Shown in pieces: positions 49,988-59,565 of a stretch of 64,000 nucleotides of DNA. How positions within the stretch are numbered: position 1 is the first letter of the stretch; each line of letters starts with the position of its first letter. This DNA is from Acidobacteriota bacterium (GTDB lineage: Bacteria > Acidobacteriota > UBA6911): positions 1,856,001-1,920,000 of the forward strand of contig OY761556.1 of assembly GCA_963664705.1 (NCBI GenBank). Direction: 5' to 3'. The notes beneath the pieces are model-generated. The model did no database searches. It had not been told where the DNA came from and saw only the letters and a list, made by a program, of their open reading frames with translations. The position numbers were made by a program, and so were the translations under genes.

Positions 49988-50761
49988 ATGGAAAGCGGCG
50001 AAAACACCGAAACCCCCAATCAGGAATTCCAATCTCAAACCGAGGGATCGGGAATTACGATCCGTCTGGAAGCGTTTGAGGGACCGCTCGACCTGCTCCT
50101 TCACTTGATCAAGAAGGAAGAGATCGATATCTGGAATATCCCGATTGCACATATTACCGAGCAGTACCTGCAATATCTTCAGATCATGACGGATCTGAAC
50201 ATCAACCTGGCAGGCGAATGGGTGGTAATGGCCGCTTCGCTGATCTATATCAAATCCCGCATGCTGGTCCCCCAGGAGAAAACGAACGAAGCGCAAGCCG
50301 AGGAGGAGGATCCCCGGAACGAACTGGTCTATCAGTTGCTCGAGCATCAGAAATTCAAAAATGCCGCGGAAATGCTCTATACGCGCGAAGAGGTTGAAAA
50401 CGCTATCTGGAACAAACCTCCGCCGGATATTCTTGAAGAAGGCAATGAAGTGGTCTCCGTCACCTTGTTCGACCTTCTGCAGGCATTCAACGAAGTCGTC
50501 AAGCGCTTTGACTCTCAGCGGGTCATGGAGGTGAATCAGGAGGAAGTGACGATTGAGCAGAAGATCTCGGAGATACGCACCATTTTCCTGGTCAAAGATA
50601 AAATGCTCTTTTCCACCTTCTTCGCAGAGGCGCGATCCAAGCGGCATCTGATTGTCATCTTCCTGGCGTTGCTCGAACTGGTACGGTTGCACGAAGTCTT
50701 CCTGCTTCAAAAGAAGGCTTTTGAGGAAATTCAAATCTGCAAAGCGAAGGAATCAGCATAG
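49988..50761 (+). CDS. scpA: Segregation and condensation protein A
   Basis: FEGPLDLLLHLI, IKSRML and FLALLEL motifs. Confidence 0.96.
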   Translation: MESGENTETPNQEFQSQTEGSGITIRLEAFEGPLDLLLHLIKKEEIDIWNIPIAHITEQYLQYLQIMTDLNINLAGEWVVMAASLIYIKSRMLVPQEKTNEAQAEEEDPRNELVYQLLEHQKFKNAAEMLYTREEVENAIWNKPPPDILEEGNEVVSVTLFDLLQAFNEVVKRFDSQRVMEVNQEEVTIEQKISEIRTIFLVKDKMLFSTFFAEARSKRHLIVIFLALLELVRLHEVFLLQKKAFEEIQICKAKESA

Positions 50762-50764
50762 CCT

Positions 50765-51304
50765 ATGGACATTGTCGAGATGCAGGCCATCATGGAAGCG
50801 GTCATCTATGTTGCCGATGACCCTGTAAAATCGGACCAGTTTAAAGAGGTGTTTCCGGACGAGACGATGGAGACCCTGGAACAGGCCTTGAAAGGCATGG
50901 TGGAGAATTTCAATGCGCGCCCCGGCGGCATGATGATTCGCGAAGTTGCCGGCGGATACCGAATGACGACGCGGCCGGAGCACCATGAGCAGATTCGCGC
51001 CTATCTCAAGACAAGGCCGAACGCCAAGCTATCGATGGCAGCGCTCGAAACGCTCGCGGTTATTGCCTACAAACAACCGATAACACTGGCTGAGATTCTT
51101 GCGATTCGCGGAAAAAAATCCTCGACGGCCCTCCAAACCCTTTTGGAGCGAAAACTGGTATCGATCCAGGGCCGCAAACCTGTGGTCGGGCGCCCCATTC
51201 TTTATGGTACGTCCAAGGAATTCCTGGTTCACTTTGGATTGAATAATCTTTCCGATCTGCCCACCCTGGAGGAATTCTCCCAGCTGGCCGGCGAGCAGCT
51301 ATAA
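50765..51304 (+). CDS. scpB: Segregation and condensation protein B
   Basis: LS.AALETLAVIAYKQPIT and GRPILYGT..FL..FGL..L.DLP motifs. Confidence 0.97.
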   Translation: MDIVEMQAIMEAVIYVADDPVKSDQFKEVFPDETMETLEQALKGMVENFNARPGGMMIREVAGGYRMTTRPEHHEQIRAYLKTRPNAKLSMAALETLAVIAYKQPITLAEILAIRGKKSSTALQTLLERKLVSIQGRKPVVGRPILYGTSKEFLVHFGLNNLSDLPTLEEFSQLAGEQL

Positions 51305-51308
51305 AGCT

Positions 51309-52046
51309 ATGGACGGGCAGGAACGGCTTCAAAAAATCATTGCTGCTGCAGGTATCGCATCCAGAAGAAAAGCGGAACAGCTTATTCAGGAGGGACGCGT
51401 TACAGTCAATGGCCGGATAGTCATTGAGCTGGGAGCAAAAGCTGACCCGGCGCAGGATTACATCAAAGTCGACGGCAAACTTCTCCGCCGCGAGATCGAA
51501 AAAATTTACATCCTTCTGAACAAGCCCCGGGAGGTTATCTGTTCCGTCTCCGATCCGGAAGGACGGGTCAAGGTTACAGACCTTGTGAATAAAAGCAAGA
51601 TTTACCCGGTTGGGCGTTTGGATTACAACACGGAAGGGCTGATCCTGCTAACCAATGATGGCGAATTCTCCAAAATCGTCTCATCGGCAGGCAAACACTT
51701 ATCCAAGGTGTATGAGGTCAAGGTTCGGTCCACTCCTACAGCGGGGGAAATGGCTCGTCTGAGGGAGGGAATTCGAATGAAGACCGGGGAAAAACTGGCA
51801 CCCTGCCGTATCACCCCGATCAAAGAAAGCGCGAACAGCTGGTACGAAGTGATCCTGACTCAAGGCAAAAACCGTCAGATTCGTGAGATGTTCGAATCGA
51901 TCGGACACCCGGTTGTAAAGCTAAGACGGACGCGCATCGGATTTCTTACGGATCATGGGTTAGCCGTGGGAAAATACCGCAACCTCACGGGTATGGAAGT
52001 TCAGCGCATCCTGCAATTGGGGGCCAGAACTCGCAGCAGCAAGTAG
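51309..52046 (+). CDS. rluB: 23S rRNA pseudouridine synthase (RluB-like)
   Basis: S4 domain ERLQKIIA..SRRKAE; GRLDYNTEGL and GKNRQIR motifs; follows scpB. Confidence 0.9.
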   Translation: MDGQERLQKIIAAAGIASRRKAEQLIQEGRVTVNGRIVIELGAKADPAQDYIKVDGKLLRREIEKIYILLNKPREVICSVSDPEGRVKVTDLVNKSKIYPVGRLDYNTEGLILLTNDGEFSKIVSSAGKHLSKVYEVKVRSTPTAGEMARLREGIRMKTGEKLAPCRITPIKESANSWYEVILTQGKNRQIREMFESIGHPVVKLRRTRIGFLTDHGLAVGKYRNLTGMEVQRILQLGARTRSSK

Positions 52047-52136
52047 GGCAATTGCCGGTATCGGCAATGTCCTTCATCTGTCGAGTAGGCCGGGAACATT
52101 TTTCGGGTTATATTTACTAGGATTACAGGAGCGAAC

Positions 52137-52790
52137 GTGTTCACTGGAATCATCGAGGAAGTTGGACTCATCCAAGAGCTGCGTTTCGCGTCTCAGGGTG
52201 CGGTTATAACCGTATCGGCGGAAAAGTGTACGACAGGCTTGAAGATCGGTGACTCCATTGCGGTGAACGGGGTCTGCCTTACCGCCACTCGAATCGGGAG
52301 CGGATTTTTCCTGGCCGATATCTCGGCGGAAACCCTTCGCATCAGCAGCTTCAAGCAGCTAAAACAAGGCAATCGGGTCAACCTGGAGCGGGCATTGATG
52401 GTGGGGGACCGCCTGGGTGGACACATCATGCAAGGGCATGTCGATGGAGTCGGAAGGCTTGTTTCCAAAGCGCGCAGCGGGGAAGGCTGGGAGGTTACGT
52501 TTGACTTTCCGCGCGAGCTTGAACGCTACATGGTATATAAGGGGTCCATCTCGGTAAATGGCATCAGTCTGACCCTTGCTTCGCTGTCCAAGGGACTCTT
52601 TTCCGTGGCAGTGATTCCGCACACTTTTGAGGCCACCAACCTGAATCTATTAATGGCCGGAGATCTCGTAAATCTGGAAGTCGACATACTCGGTAAGTAC
52701 TTTGAGAGATTTTTCCAGCTTGGAATTACCTCCAACGAGAGGGGCGGGGCGCGAATGACGCCTGAATATCTAAAGGAACAGGGGTTCTAA
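52137..52790 (+). CDS. ribE: Riboflavin synthase (alpha chain)
   Basis: MFTGII, GDSIAVNGVCLT, VNLERA, GGH..QGHVD and IPHT motifs. Confidence 0.97.
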   Translation: MFTGIIEEVGLIQELRFASQGAVITVSAEKCTTGLKIGDSIAVNGVCLTATRIGSGFFLADISAETLRISSFKQLKQGNRVNLERALMVGDRLGGHIMQGHVDGVGRLVSKARSGEGWEVTFDFPRELERYMVYKGSISVNGISLTLASLSKGLFSVAVIPHTFEATNLNLLMAGDLVNLEVDILGKYFERFFQLGITSNERGGARMTPEYLKEQGF

Positions 52791-52791
52791 T

Positions 52792-53421
52792 ATGCGCTTT
52801 CTGCAATGCGCAATTGCTTTTTGCATGCTATTGCCCACCTGTCTGCGGGCAGAATCCCCCCTTCCTGCTTTTGGGCGGGATACAGTTCTGGTCTGGAATG
52901 ATAAGAACCAGGACTACAGCGCCGAGTTCGTGGTACGGATTGCCGAATTTCTCCCCGATCGATATGTCGAATGGGAAGATGCCAAAACACAGGGCACTAT
53001 CTTTATGCCCAGCCGTGACATCAGTTCGGCAAAGGGATTTGTGGGCGCCAACCTCTTTCAGTCAGGAACAGATACCAAAGGAAAGGACACCACCACGCTG
53101 TGGTTGAGCCAACGCCTTTTCGAAGATCTGAAAAACAAGAAGAAGCTCAAATGCAACCTCGATGGCGTCGCCGCAACGCTGACGTATCAGGGAGAAGGCG
53201 AACTGGAGGTCGAGGTAAATCGCGTGCCGCAGCGCCTGCCCGTCATCAAAGTAGCTGATGATCGTGGCTCAGAACGATGGTTTCTGGACCGCCCGGATAA
53301 TCCGCTCATGCTGAAACTCATCGTGCGCAGCTATTCCCAGGTGCTGACAAGCATTACCACGGATCGACCCAATACGCTGCGCTGGATAAAAGGGAAGAAG
53401 CTCAATAACCTGCCGCAATAG
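52792..53421 (+). CDS. Hypothetical secreted protein
   Basis: 209-aa ORF with signal peptide, 1 nt after ribE; no recognisable family. Confidence 0.7.
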   Translation: MRFLQCAIAFCMLLPTCLRAESPLPAFGRDTVLVWNDKNQDYSAEFVVRIAEFLPDRYVEWEDAKTQGTIFMPSRDISSAKGFVGANLFQSGTDTKGKDTTTLWLSQRLFEDLKNKKKLKCNLDGVAATLTYQGEGELEVEVNRVPQRLPVIKVADDRGSERWFLDRPDNPLMLKLIVRSYSQVLTSITTDRPNTLRWIKGKKLNNLPQ

Positions 53422-53485
53422 TTTTTCCGGGCGCAAAAACCTCTCCTGCGCTCTTAGGTTCAAAAATGCGCTATATGCGATCAGA

Positions 53486-54196
53486 TCAGATTCCGTCGGG
53501 AGGTAATGCGGAGGCGATGGCTTCACGCGTGAGTTGAACGAGGTCATTGCGTTCCTCGGTGGTCATTCCTGTGGTCGCGATGGGATCATGGAATATGACC
53601 TCCACGCGTCCCGGCCTTATCGCATATTTGCCCGGCGGATTGATTTTTGAGCTATTGAGAATTGTGATAGGGACAATCGGAGCCTGTGCCTTAATGGCCA
53701 TCAGAAAAACTCCCTTTTTGAAATCTCCGAGGCGACCATCCCGGCTTCGCGTCCCTTCAGGAAAAGCGACAAAATCTCTCCCCTGCATTAGAAGCCTGGC
53801 TCCCATTTCGATGCCGGCATGCGCATCCTTTGCATTGGTACGCTCGATGGGTACAAATTGAACCTTTTTGAGAACCAGGGAAAAAACAGGAAGGCTCATC
53901 ATTTCTTTTTTGATCAGAGCGCTCCAATCTCGCGGGATGGCATGCAAGAGCACGGGGCCATCAAAATTACCCTGATGGTTTGAGAGAAAGACATAGGTCA
54001 CGCCAGGAAGGATCTTCTCGATCCCCCGGATCGTGACTCGAACGCTGCATAGCAGGCCGGCCACGCGAACGCAAAAGCGCGCGAGAGTATGGACCAGAGC
54101 GTTGTTTCCGGACAGAGCAGTCCAAAGAATTCCAATTGGACCACAAATCAGGATGAAGAGTCCCACAAACAGGTATACCAGCGACGCTCGAATCAT
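53486..54196 (-). CDS. plsC: 1-acyl-sn-glycerol-3-phosphate acyltransferase
   Basis: NHQG.FD, FPEGTRS, FKKG and IVP motifs. Confidence 0.92.
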   Translation of the reverse strand: MIRASLVYLFVGLFILICGPIGILWTALSGNNALVHTLARFCVRVAGLLCSVRVTIRGIEKILPGVTYVFLSNHQGNFDGPVLLHAIPRDWSALIKKEMMSLPVFSLVLKKVQFVPIERTNAKDAHAGIEMGARLLMQGRDFVAFPEGTRSRDGRLGDFKKGVFLMAIKAQAPIVPITILNSSKINPPGKYAIRPGRVEVIFHDPIATTGMTTEERNDLVQLTREAIASALPPDGI

Positions 54197-54218
54197 AGGC
54201 GCATGATTTTTAGGAAGA

Positions 54219-54270
54219 AGCCAGAAGTAAGAAGTCAGGAGACAGAAGAAAAATGCTTACTCCTGTCTCC
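54219..54270. repeat. Short degenerate heptamer tandem repeat with inverted partner
   Basis: AGCCAGA-AGTAAGA-AGTCAGG-AGACAGA followed by TTACTCCTGTCTCC (GGAGACAG/CTGTCTCC stem). Confidence 0.5.
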
Positions 54271-54304
54271 CCATGATCAACAAAATCCGCATAATCGTAA
54301 ATCG

Positions 54305-55990
54305 TCAATTTCCCTGTCCCAGTTTCGCTACCTGCTGCTCAATAACGGAATCCTCGATTTTGCTGAATAGAATCTCACGTTTTCCCAGCGCGTGACCTTC
54401 CGGCAGTCTTAGTTTGGGGACATCCGACCAGCGCTGTTCCCGATGCGAACCCGGCGCATTCAGCATTCGCCAGAGTTTTTCGGCGGAGAAGGGGAGAAAC
54501 GGTTCCATCAGCACCGCCAGCGCAATATGCAACTGCAGCGTGGTATAGAGCGTGGACGCGCAGCGGGCACGATTCGTCTTCAGGGAACTCCAGGGGGCTT
54601 CATCATTGAAGTATTTATTCCCGGTTCGAGCGAGATCCATTAGTTCTCCGACGGCTCGACGTACCTGAAAATCCTCGAGGGCGGCGCCGATCTTCTTTGT
54701 GCTTTCTTCAATTGCAGTCAGAATAGCGCGGTCTGAATCCGCGAGATCGCCCGCGGGCGGAACTTTAGCTTCGAAATTCTTCTCGATAAAGGCAAGACTG
54801 CGGTTAATGAGATTCCCTAGAACATCGGCCAATTCGCTGTTATTGCGGACCTGAAAATCCTTCCAGGTAAAATCCGCATCCTTGTTTTCCGGCGCATTGG
54901 CTTCCATCCAGTAGCGAAGCGGATCGGGGGGAAGGACATCGAGATACTCGTCGACCCATACAGCCCAGTTGCGGCTGGTGGAGATCTTCTTGCCCTCAAT
55001 GTTCAGGAACTCGTTGGCAGGAATTTGCGACGGCAGAATGAATTCCTGATGTGCCATCAATGTGGCTGGCCATACGATGGCGTGAAAGACGATGTTGTCC
55101 TTGCCTATGAAATGAATCAGCTTCGTTTGCGGATCAAACCAATAATCCCGCCAGCGATCCGGTGTGCCCTGTTTCTGGGCCCATTCCACCGAGGACGAGA
55201 TATAGCCGATCGGGGCATCGAACCATACATAAAGAACTTTCCCTTCCGCGTCCGGAAGTGGAACGGGAATGCCCCAGTCAATGTCCCGTGTAATCGGCCT
55301 GTCGGTCAGGCCCTCCTGGAACCAGCCTGAGCAAAACTCTCGAACATTGCTTTTCCAATTGGTCTGCGCGCTCTGCCAGTCCTCGAGCTGCTTCTGGAAA
55401 GCGGAGAGGCGGAAATACCAGTGTTTGGTTGTACGGAACTCCGGAGTGGAACCGCAGACTTTGCACTTCGGAGATACCAGTTGCTCGGGCTCAAGCCAGC
55501 GGCCGCAAGCTTCGCACTGGTCGCCGCGGGCACCCTGCTGATGGCAGTGTGGACACTCCCCCTCGATGTATCGATCGGGCAGGAATCGTTTACAGCTGGT
55601 GCAATAGTATTGGCGGATCGACTGCTCCTTAATAAATCCCTTTTCATTCAGATTGAGAAAGAAGTCCTGCGAGATCTTGTGATGCAGGGGCAGCGAGGTC
55701 CTGGAGTAGTTGTTGAAAGCCACCCCCATGCGCTGGAAACTGGTCTGCATCAATGCATGATAGCGATCAACGATTACCTGTGGGGTGACATTTTCCTTAT
55801 CCGCGCGAATGGTGATGGGGACACCATGTTCATCGGAGCCGCAGATGAATAGAACATCGGCACCGCACAGGCGTTTGTAGCGAACGTATACGTCCGCTGG
55901 AATGTATGCCCCTGCCAGATGCCCGATGTGCAAAGGGCCGTTAGCGTAGGGAAGTGCCGCAGTCACCAGAATTTTTTCGGCCTGATCCAC
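54305..55990 (-). CDS. metG: Methionine--tRNA ligase (no C-terminal tRNA-binding appendix)
   Basis: ALPYANGPLHIGH, GSDEHG, Zn knuckles, YVWFDAPIGY and KISTS motifs; GTG start at 55990 with AAAGGA. Confidence 0.97.
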   Translation of the reverse strand: MDQAEKILVTAALPYANGPLHIGHLAGAYIPADVYVRYKRLCGADVLFICGSDEHGVPITIRADKENVTPQVIVDRYHALMQTSFQRMGVAFNNYSRTSLPLHHKISQDFFLNLNEKGFIKEQSIRQYYCTSCKRFLPDRYIEGECPHCHQQGARGDQCEACGRWLEPEQLVSPKCKVCGSTPEFRTTKHWYFRLSAFQKQLEDWQSAQTNWKSNVREFCSGWFQEGLTDRPITRDIDWGIPVPLPDAEGKVLYVWFDAPIGYISSSVEWAQKQGTPDRWRDYWFDPQTKLIHFIGKDNIVFHAIVWPATLMAHQEFILPSQIPANEFLNIEGKKISTSRNWAVWVDEYLDVLPPDPLRYWMEANAPENKDADFTWKDFQVRNNSELADVLGNLINRSLAFIEKNFEAKVPPAGDLADSDRAILTAIEESTKKIGAALEDFQVRRAVGELMDLARTGNKYFNDEAPWSSLKTNRARCASTLYTTLQLHIALAVLMEPFLPFSAEKLWRMLNAPGSHREQRWSDVPKLRLPEGHALGKREILFSKIEDSVIEQQVAKLGQGN

Positions 55991-56048
55991 TGAAATATTC
56001 CTTTCTGCCGTTAGGTTGCACGATCCCAAAGAGACGGGATCGCCATTG

Positions 56049-56612
56049 TCATTCGCCAATCTCGCTAGGGTGCTTAAATTTTACGTATTCCTGAAGCGCG
56101 TCTCGAGTCGAAGGAAATGCAAGCTGGGTCCAGGGAATGTCCTCAAGCGCAAACGACCGGACCTCTTTGCTTTCCGGCGTGCATCCGGCTACGCCGCCAG
56201 TTACGGTTGCTCGAAAAACAACCAAAACAATTCCAACGTTCGCGTAGGAATACACATTCAACATGCCGTCAAGCCGCACGTTCAGAAGTGTCTCCTCGTG
56301 CGTTTCCCGGATAGCCGCATCCTCGACCCGTTCACCCAGATCGACATAGCCTCCGGGAAATGTCCAACTGCCCCAGGACGGCTCGACGTTCCTTCGCACC
56401 AGCCAGATCTTCCCGTCCTGTTCCGGTATCGCTCCTGCCACGACCTTAGGATTCATGTAAAAGATGAATCCGCAGGACTCGCAAATTTTGCGAACGTGCT
56501 GTTCCTCTTCAAGGTAGCGTTCGACAAGGGACCCACCGCAGCGCGGACAATATTTTGCCCACGCTGAATCTGGCGGGTGTTGAAGCCAGATATGGCGGTG
56601 CCGGTCTTCCAT
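56049..56612 (-). CDS. NUDIX hydrolase with N-terminal zinc ribbon
   Basis: YCPRCG..CESCG; Nudix box PGGYVDLGE.VEDAAIRETHEE. Confidence 0.93.
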   Translation of the reverse strand: MEDRHRHIWLQHPPDSAWAKYCPRCGGSLVERYLEEEQHVRKICESCGFIFYMNPKVVAGAIPEQDGKIWLVRRNVEPSWGSWTFPGGYVDLGERVEDAAIRETHEETLLNVRLDGMLNVYSYANVGIVLVVFRATVTGGVAGCTPESKEVRSFALEDIPWTQLAFPSTRDALQEYVKFKHPSEIGE

Positions 56613-56680
56613 AGTCAACCTCAATTATTCCTTTGGGCGCCAATTGCAATGAGCCTGCCCGTGAGAAGTATAATATCAGC

Positions 56681-57148
56681 ATGCTGAAGATTCGCAATTT
56701 TCATGTGGGGGATTTCGAATTTCTCTATCGGATGGATCACATCTGCTTTGAGCCGGGAATTGCCTTTTCCAGGGGAGAACTTGCGCTTTATCTGAATCAC
56801 AGGCATGCGATAGCAAGAATAGCAGAACTATCCGGAGCGATCGCGGGATTCATCCTGGTTCGTATCGAAAGGCGATCCATCGCCCATATGATTACCCTGG
56901 ACGTGCTGCCGCAATACCGTCGAATGGGAATAGGAACAGCCTTGATGGAAGATGCGCATGGCGAACTTGCGCGCCGCAGGATTGCCACTGCAATCCTGGA
57001 AGTAGCGGTCGAAAATGTCGGGGCTCAACTGCTGTATAAGAACCTTGGTTACAGGGAAGGAGCCCTTCTAACCGGATATTACCGCGGCAGGGAAGATGCC
57101 TATCGCATGGAAGCGAAGATCCCATGCGAGGCCCAGACTCCCGGGTAG
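56681..57148 (+). CDS. GNAT N-acetyltransferase (RimI-like)
   Basis: ITLDV.PQYRRMGIG, LEVAVEN..A..LY..LGY and YY.GREDAY.M motifs. Confidence 0.9.
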   Translation: MLKIRNFHVGDFEFLYRMDHICFEPGIAFSRGELALYLNHRHAIARIAELSGAIAGFILVRIERRSIAHMITLDVLPQYRRMGIGTALMEDAHGELARRRIATAILEVAVENVGAQLLYKNLGYREGALLTGYYRGREDAYRMEAKIPCEAQTPG

Positions 57149-57171
57149 TACCCGAAGCCCATCGGGAAAGA

Positions 57172-58260
57172 CTATGATTCCTTCGCCATATAGCCTTTGC
57201 GGGTGACCACCTTGAATTTCAACGGCTTGCCCTTTTCATCCTTGAGGTCGGCGTTCACATCCACGCGAATCTTCCTGAATTTCCCATCCTTGACGGTGTT
57301 GCTGGATGCATAGGCAATGCTGTATTGGCTTCTCAGCAGCTTTGAGATATTGTCGAATATCGCCGGGAGTTCAGTTTCGAAGCGCGGAAAATAGGCGGCT
57401 CCACCCGAATAATCCGCGAAGGATCGAAGCCGATTATCCGCCATCAGGAGATCGAGATTGGCGGAACTGCTGATGGCTCCGGCCGCTTCGGCGCGAATCC
57501 TGAAATTTTGCCCCAGCCCGATGGCATAGACCGAGGCATTCGCCTGTTTGCATTTATTCAGAGCTTCATCGTATGTATGACGGCTGAAAGTATCCAACCC
57601 TGTGCTGACAAGAAGGACTGCCACCTTCCCCTCAATTTCCTGCGTCCGGTCCAAGGCAAAAATGAGCGCGTCCGAGAGATTACTTTCATAGTACGCCGGG
57701 TAAGTAAAGCGTCGCAGCGCTTCCTGGATTTTGCTTCGGTCCTGAGTGAAATCGCACAGGATGGTTGTATGCATGTCGTATCCCACGACCGCAACCCAGT
57801 CGCCTTTGCGCAGGCTGTTGGCGAAGTAGTACATTGCATTCCAGACCTCATCAATAAACCTGGAAATATTGCGACTGTACTCTGTAAGCATCACAACCGT
57901 GACGTTGGCTTCCAGCGGAGAAAAATTTGAAATCTCTTGCTTGACGTTATCCTCGTAGATGGTAAAGTTCTCAGGTTTTAGGCCGGTAATCGTATTGCCT
58001 TTTGTATCGGTTACCAACACCTGGAGCGAAACGAGATCCACCGCCACCGAAATTGACGTTTGTCCCTGGGGTTTGTCCTGATCCTCCGTATCGGTGGGAG
58101 CCGGTCGCTGACGCCGGGGTTTTGGATCCTGGCGTGGAGTGTCCTGGGCAAAGACCGCGGCCGGAGCGAATAGGGTAGCGCGATTTTGCACGCAGGCTGC
58201 CACGATGGATAAGGTCAGGAAGCAAAGCAATAGAAGACGTATCTTTTTCAGGCAGGTCAT
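57172..58260 (-). CDS. VWFA-related acidobacterial domain protein (degenerate MIDAS)
   Basis: Signal peptide; GL..ENF.IYEDNVKQ, STGLDTFS and LRSQY..Y..DGKFRKI.V..R.GY motifs; EYSRN in place of DxSxS. Confidence 0.9.
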   Translation of the reverse strand: MTCLKKIRLLLLCFLTLSIVAACVQNRATLFAPAAVFAQDTPRQDPKPRRQRPAPTDTEDQDKPQGQTSISVAVDLVSLQVLVTDTKGNTITGLKPENFTIYEDNVKQEISNFSPLEANVTVVMLTEYSRNISRFIDEVWNAMYYFANSLRKGDWVAVVGYDMHTTILCDFTQDRSKIQEALRRFTYPAYYESNLSDALIFALDRTQEIEGKVAVLLVSTGLDTFSRHTYDEALNKCKQANASVYAIGLGQNFRIRAEAAGAISSSANLDLLMADNRLRSFADYSGGAAYFPRFETELPAIFDNISKLLRSQYSIAYASSNTVKDGKFRKIRVDVNADLKDEKGKPLKFKVVTRKGYMAKES

Positions 58261-58470
58261 ACGGTGGCTCCGGTTTTTCGATGCTTTCGCGGAAGTTTTC
58301 TTGACGTCCGACACTCCGAAATGGTAGCACAATCATTACCGGGTCTCAAAGGAACGTCCGCGGGACAAATTGATTTGACCTTGAAATTTCAGGGTGCTAA
58401 TAATTCAAAGGGTTAGACAGAAAACATCAATCGTCTCGGTCTCCGGGATTGCCTTAATTGGAGGTACACT

Positions 58471-58725
58471 GTGAGCTACTGTCCGGAATGCGAAGCCGTT
58501 ATTGACGAAGAATTCGAGGACGTAGGAGAACTCATTACCTGCCCAGAATGCGGGGTTGAGCTGGAAGTAATTTCGATCGATCCCGTGGAATTCGATCTTG
58601 CTCCAATCGACGACGAAGACGAGGATGACGAATTCCGCTTCGAGGATGGCGATGACGAAGAAGAAGAATGGGACGATGATGATTCCTACGACGAGGATGA
58701 AGACGACGAAGACGAAGATATGTGA
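58471..58725 (+). CDS. LysW-like zinc-ribbon protein with long acidic tail
   Basis: CPECEA.I..GELITCPECGVELEV.S.DP; GTG start with GGAGG; ends DEDM rather than EDWGE. Confidence 0.82.
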   Translation: MSYCPECEAVIDEEFEDVGELITCPECGVELEVISIDPVEFDLAPIDDEDEDDEFRFEDGDDEEEEWDDDDSYDEDEDDEDEDM

Positions 58726-58810
58726 TTCTCCCCTGCCGAGCTTTCAGGTCCCGCCGGGTGCTGCGGAGGAGTGTGTTTTTATCTGCAAGAAACGGAGCAA
58801 TAGCCCTTAA

Positions 58811-59500
58811 GTGTTGCAGCATATCCAATTGATAATCCTTGATCTCGACTATGTCGTATTCGACTGCGCAAAGCTGAAGCTGCAGTCCTTGCGGCAGAGT
58901 CTGATCTCACTAGCCGATATTATTCCTCCCGATGTCCGACTTCCCGATGAAGTTGACGTTGGCGAAGCCTTCCAGCAGCACGGCCTTCAGTGGCTCGATA
59001 ACCTGGAACTCGGATTTGATGAAGAAAACCTGGACGCTCTTCGCCAGTCTTATGTGCTGAACGAGAGCCGTCTGGTAGCGGCTGGCGTTGGTTCGGTCTT
59101 CCCGGGGCTGCGGAGCTTTATCCAGGAATACAGAGAGAAGGGCATTGCCGTTGCTCTTGGAGCCGAAGCCACGAGAGATTACCTGGTTGCGGTATCCGAG
59201 CGGCATCAATTGGAGGAAATGTTTCAGATCTCCCTGTGCACCGAGGAATATGGTTCTGGAGGCTCTGAGGAAATGCTCGAGGAAATCATCCACTTTACGG
59301 AGGTAAACCCAAGCGAAGCGCTTGTGCTTGGCGCACGCCCCAGGCTTTTCGAAGCGGCGCACAACCTGGAAATGCTGGCAATCGAGTGCGGTTGGGGAGT
59401 CCGGCAACCTTCCGGGGACGCGGACATTCAGGCTCCGATAATTGCCCAGTTAAATTCCGCAATCGTGAAGGCCGATCAGCTCGCGTCTGAGAAGTATTAA
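58811..59500 (+). CDS. HAD-superfamily hydrolase-like protein (degenerate)
   Basis: LIILDLD.V.FD motif I, VFPG, P.EALVLG and CGWG; motif III/IV residues altered. Confidence 0.75.
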   Translation: MLQHIQLIILDLDYVVFDCAKLKLQSLRQSLISLADIIPPDVRLPDEVDVGEAFQQHGLQWLDNLELGFDEENLDALRQSYVLNESRLVAAGVGSVFPGLRSFIQEYREKGIAVALGAEATRDYLVAVSERHQLEEMFQISLCTEEYGSGGSEEMLEEIIHFTEVNPSEALVLGARPRLFEAAHNLEMLAIECGWGVRQPSGDADIQAPIIAQLNSAIVKADQLASEKY

Positions 59501-59565
59501 AGAATGGCGAGGCCGCCCGGGCCTGATTTCCGTCGTCTTCTAAAAGACGTGGTACAATAAAATTC

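Noticed and set aside
52047-52136. Possible FMN riboswitch before ribE
   Set aside because: Only 90 nt of intergenic space and none of the conserved RFN motifs; just a short hairpin ATTGCCG-GTAT-CGGCAAT.
58374-58400. Possible CIRCE (HrcA) element, GGGTGCTAA half-site
   Set aside because: The left half (TTTGACCTT) does not match TTAGCACTC; more simply explained as promoter -35/-10 sequence.
58608-58722. GAC/GAA/GAT-rich low-complexity tract
   Set aside because: Explained by the poly-Asp/Glu coding tail; not a CRISPR array or satellite.
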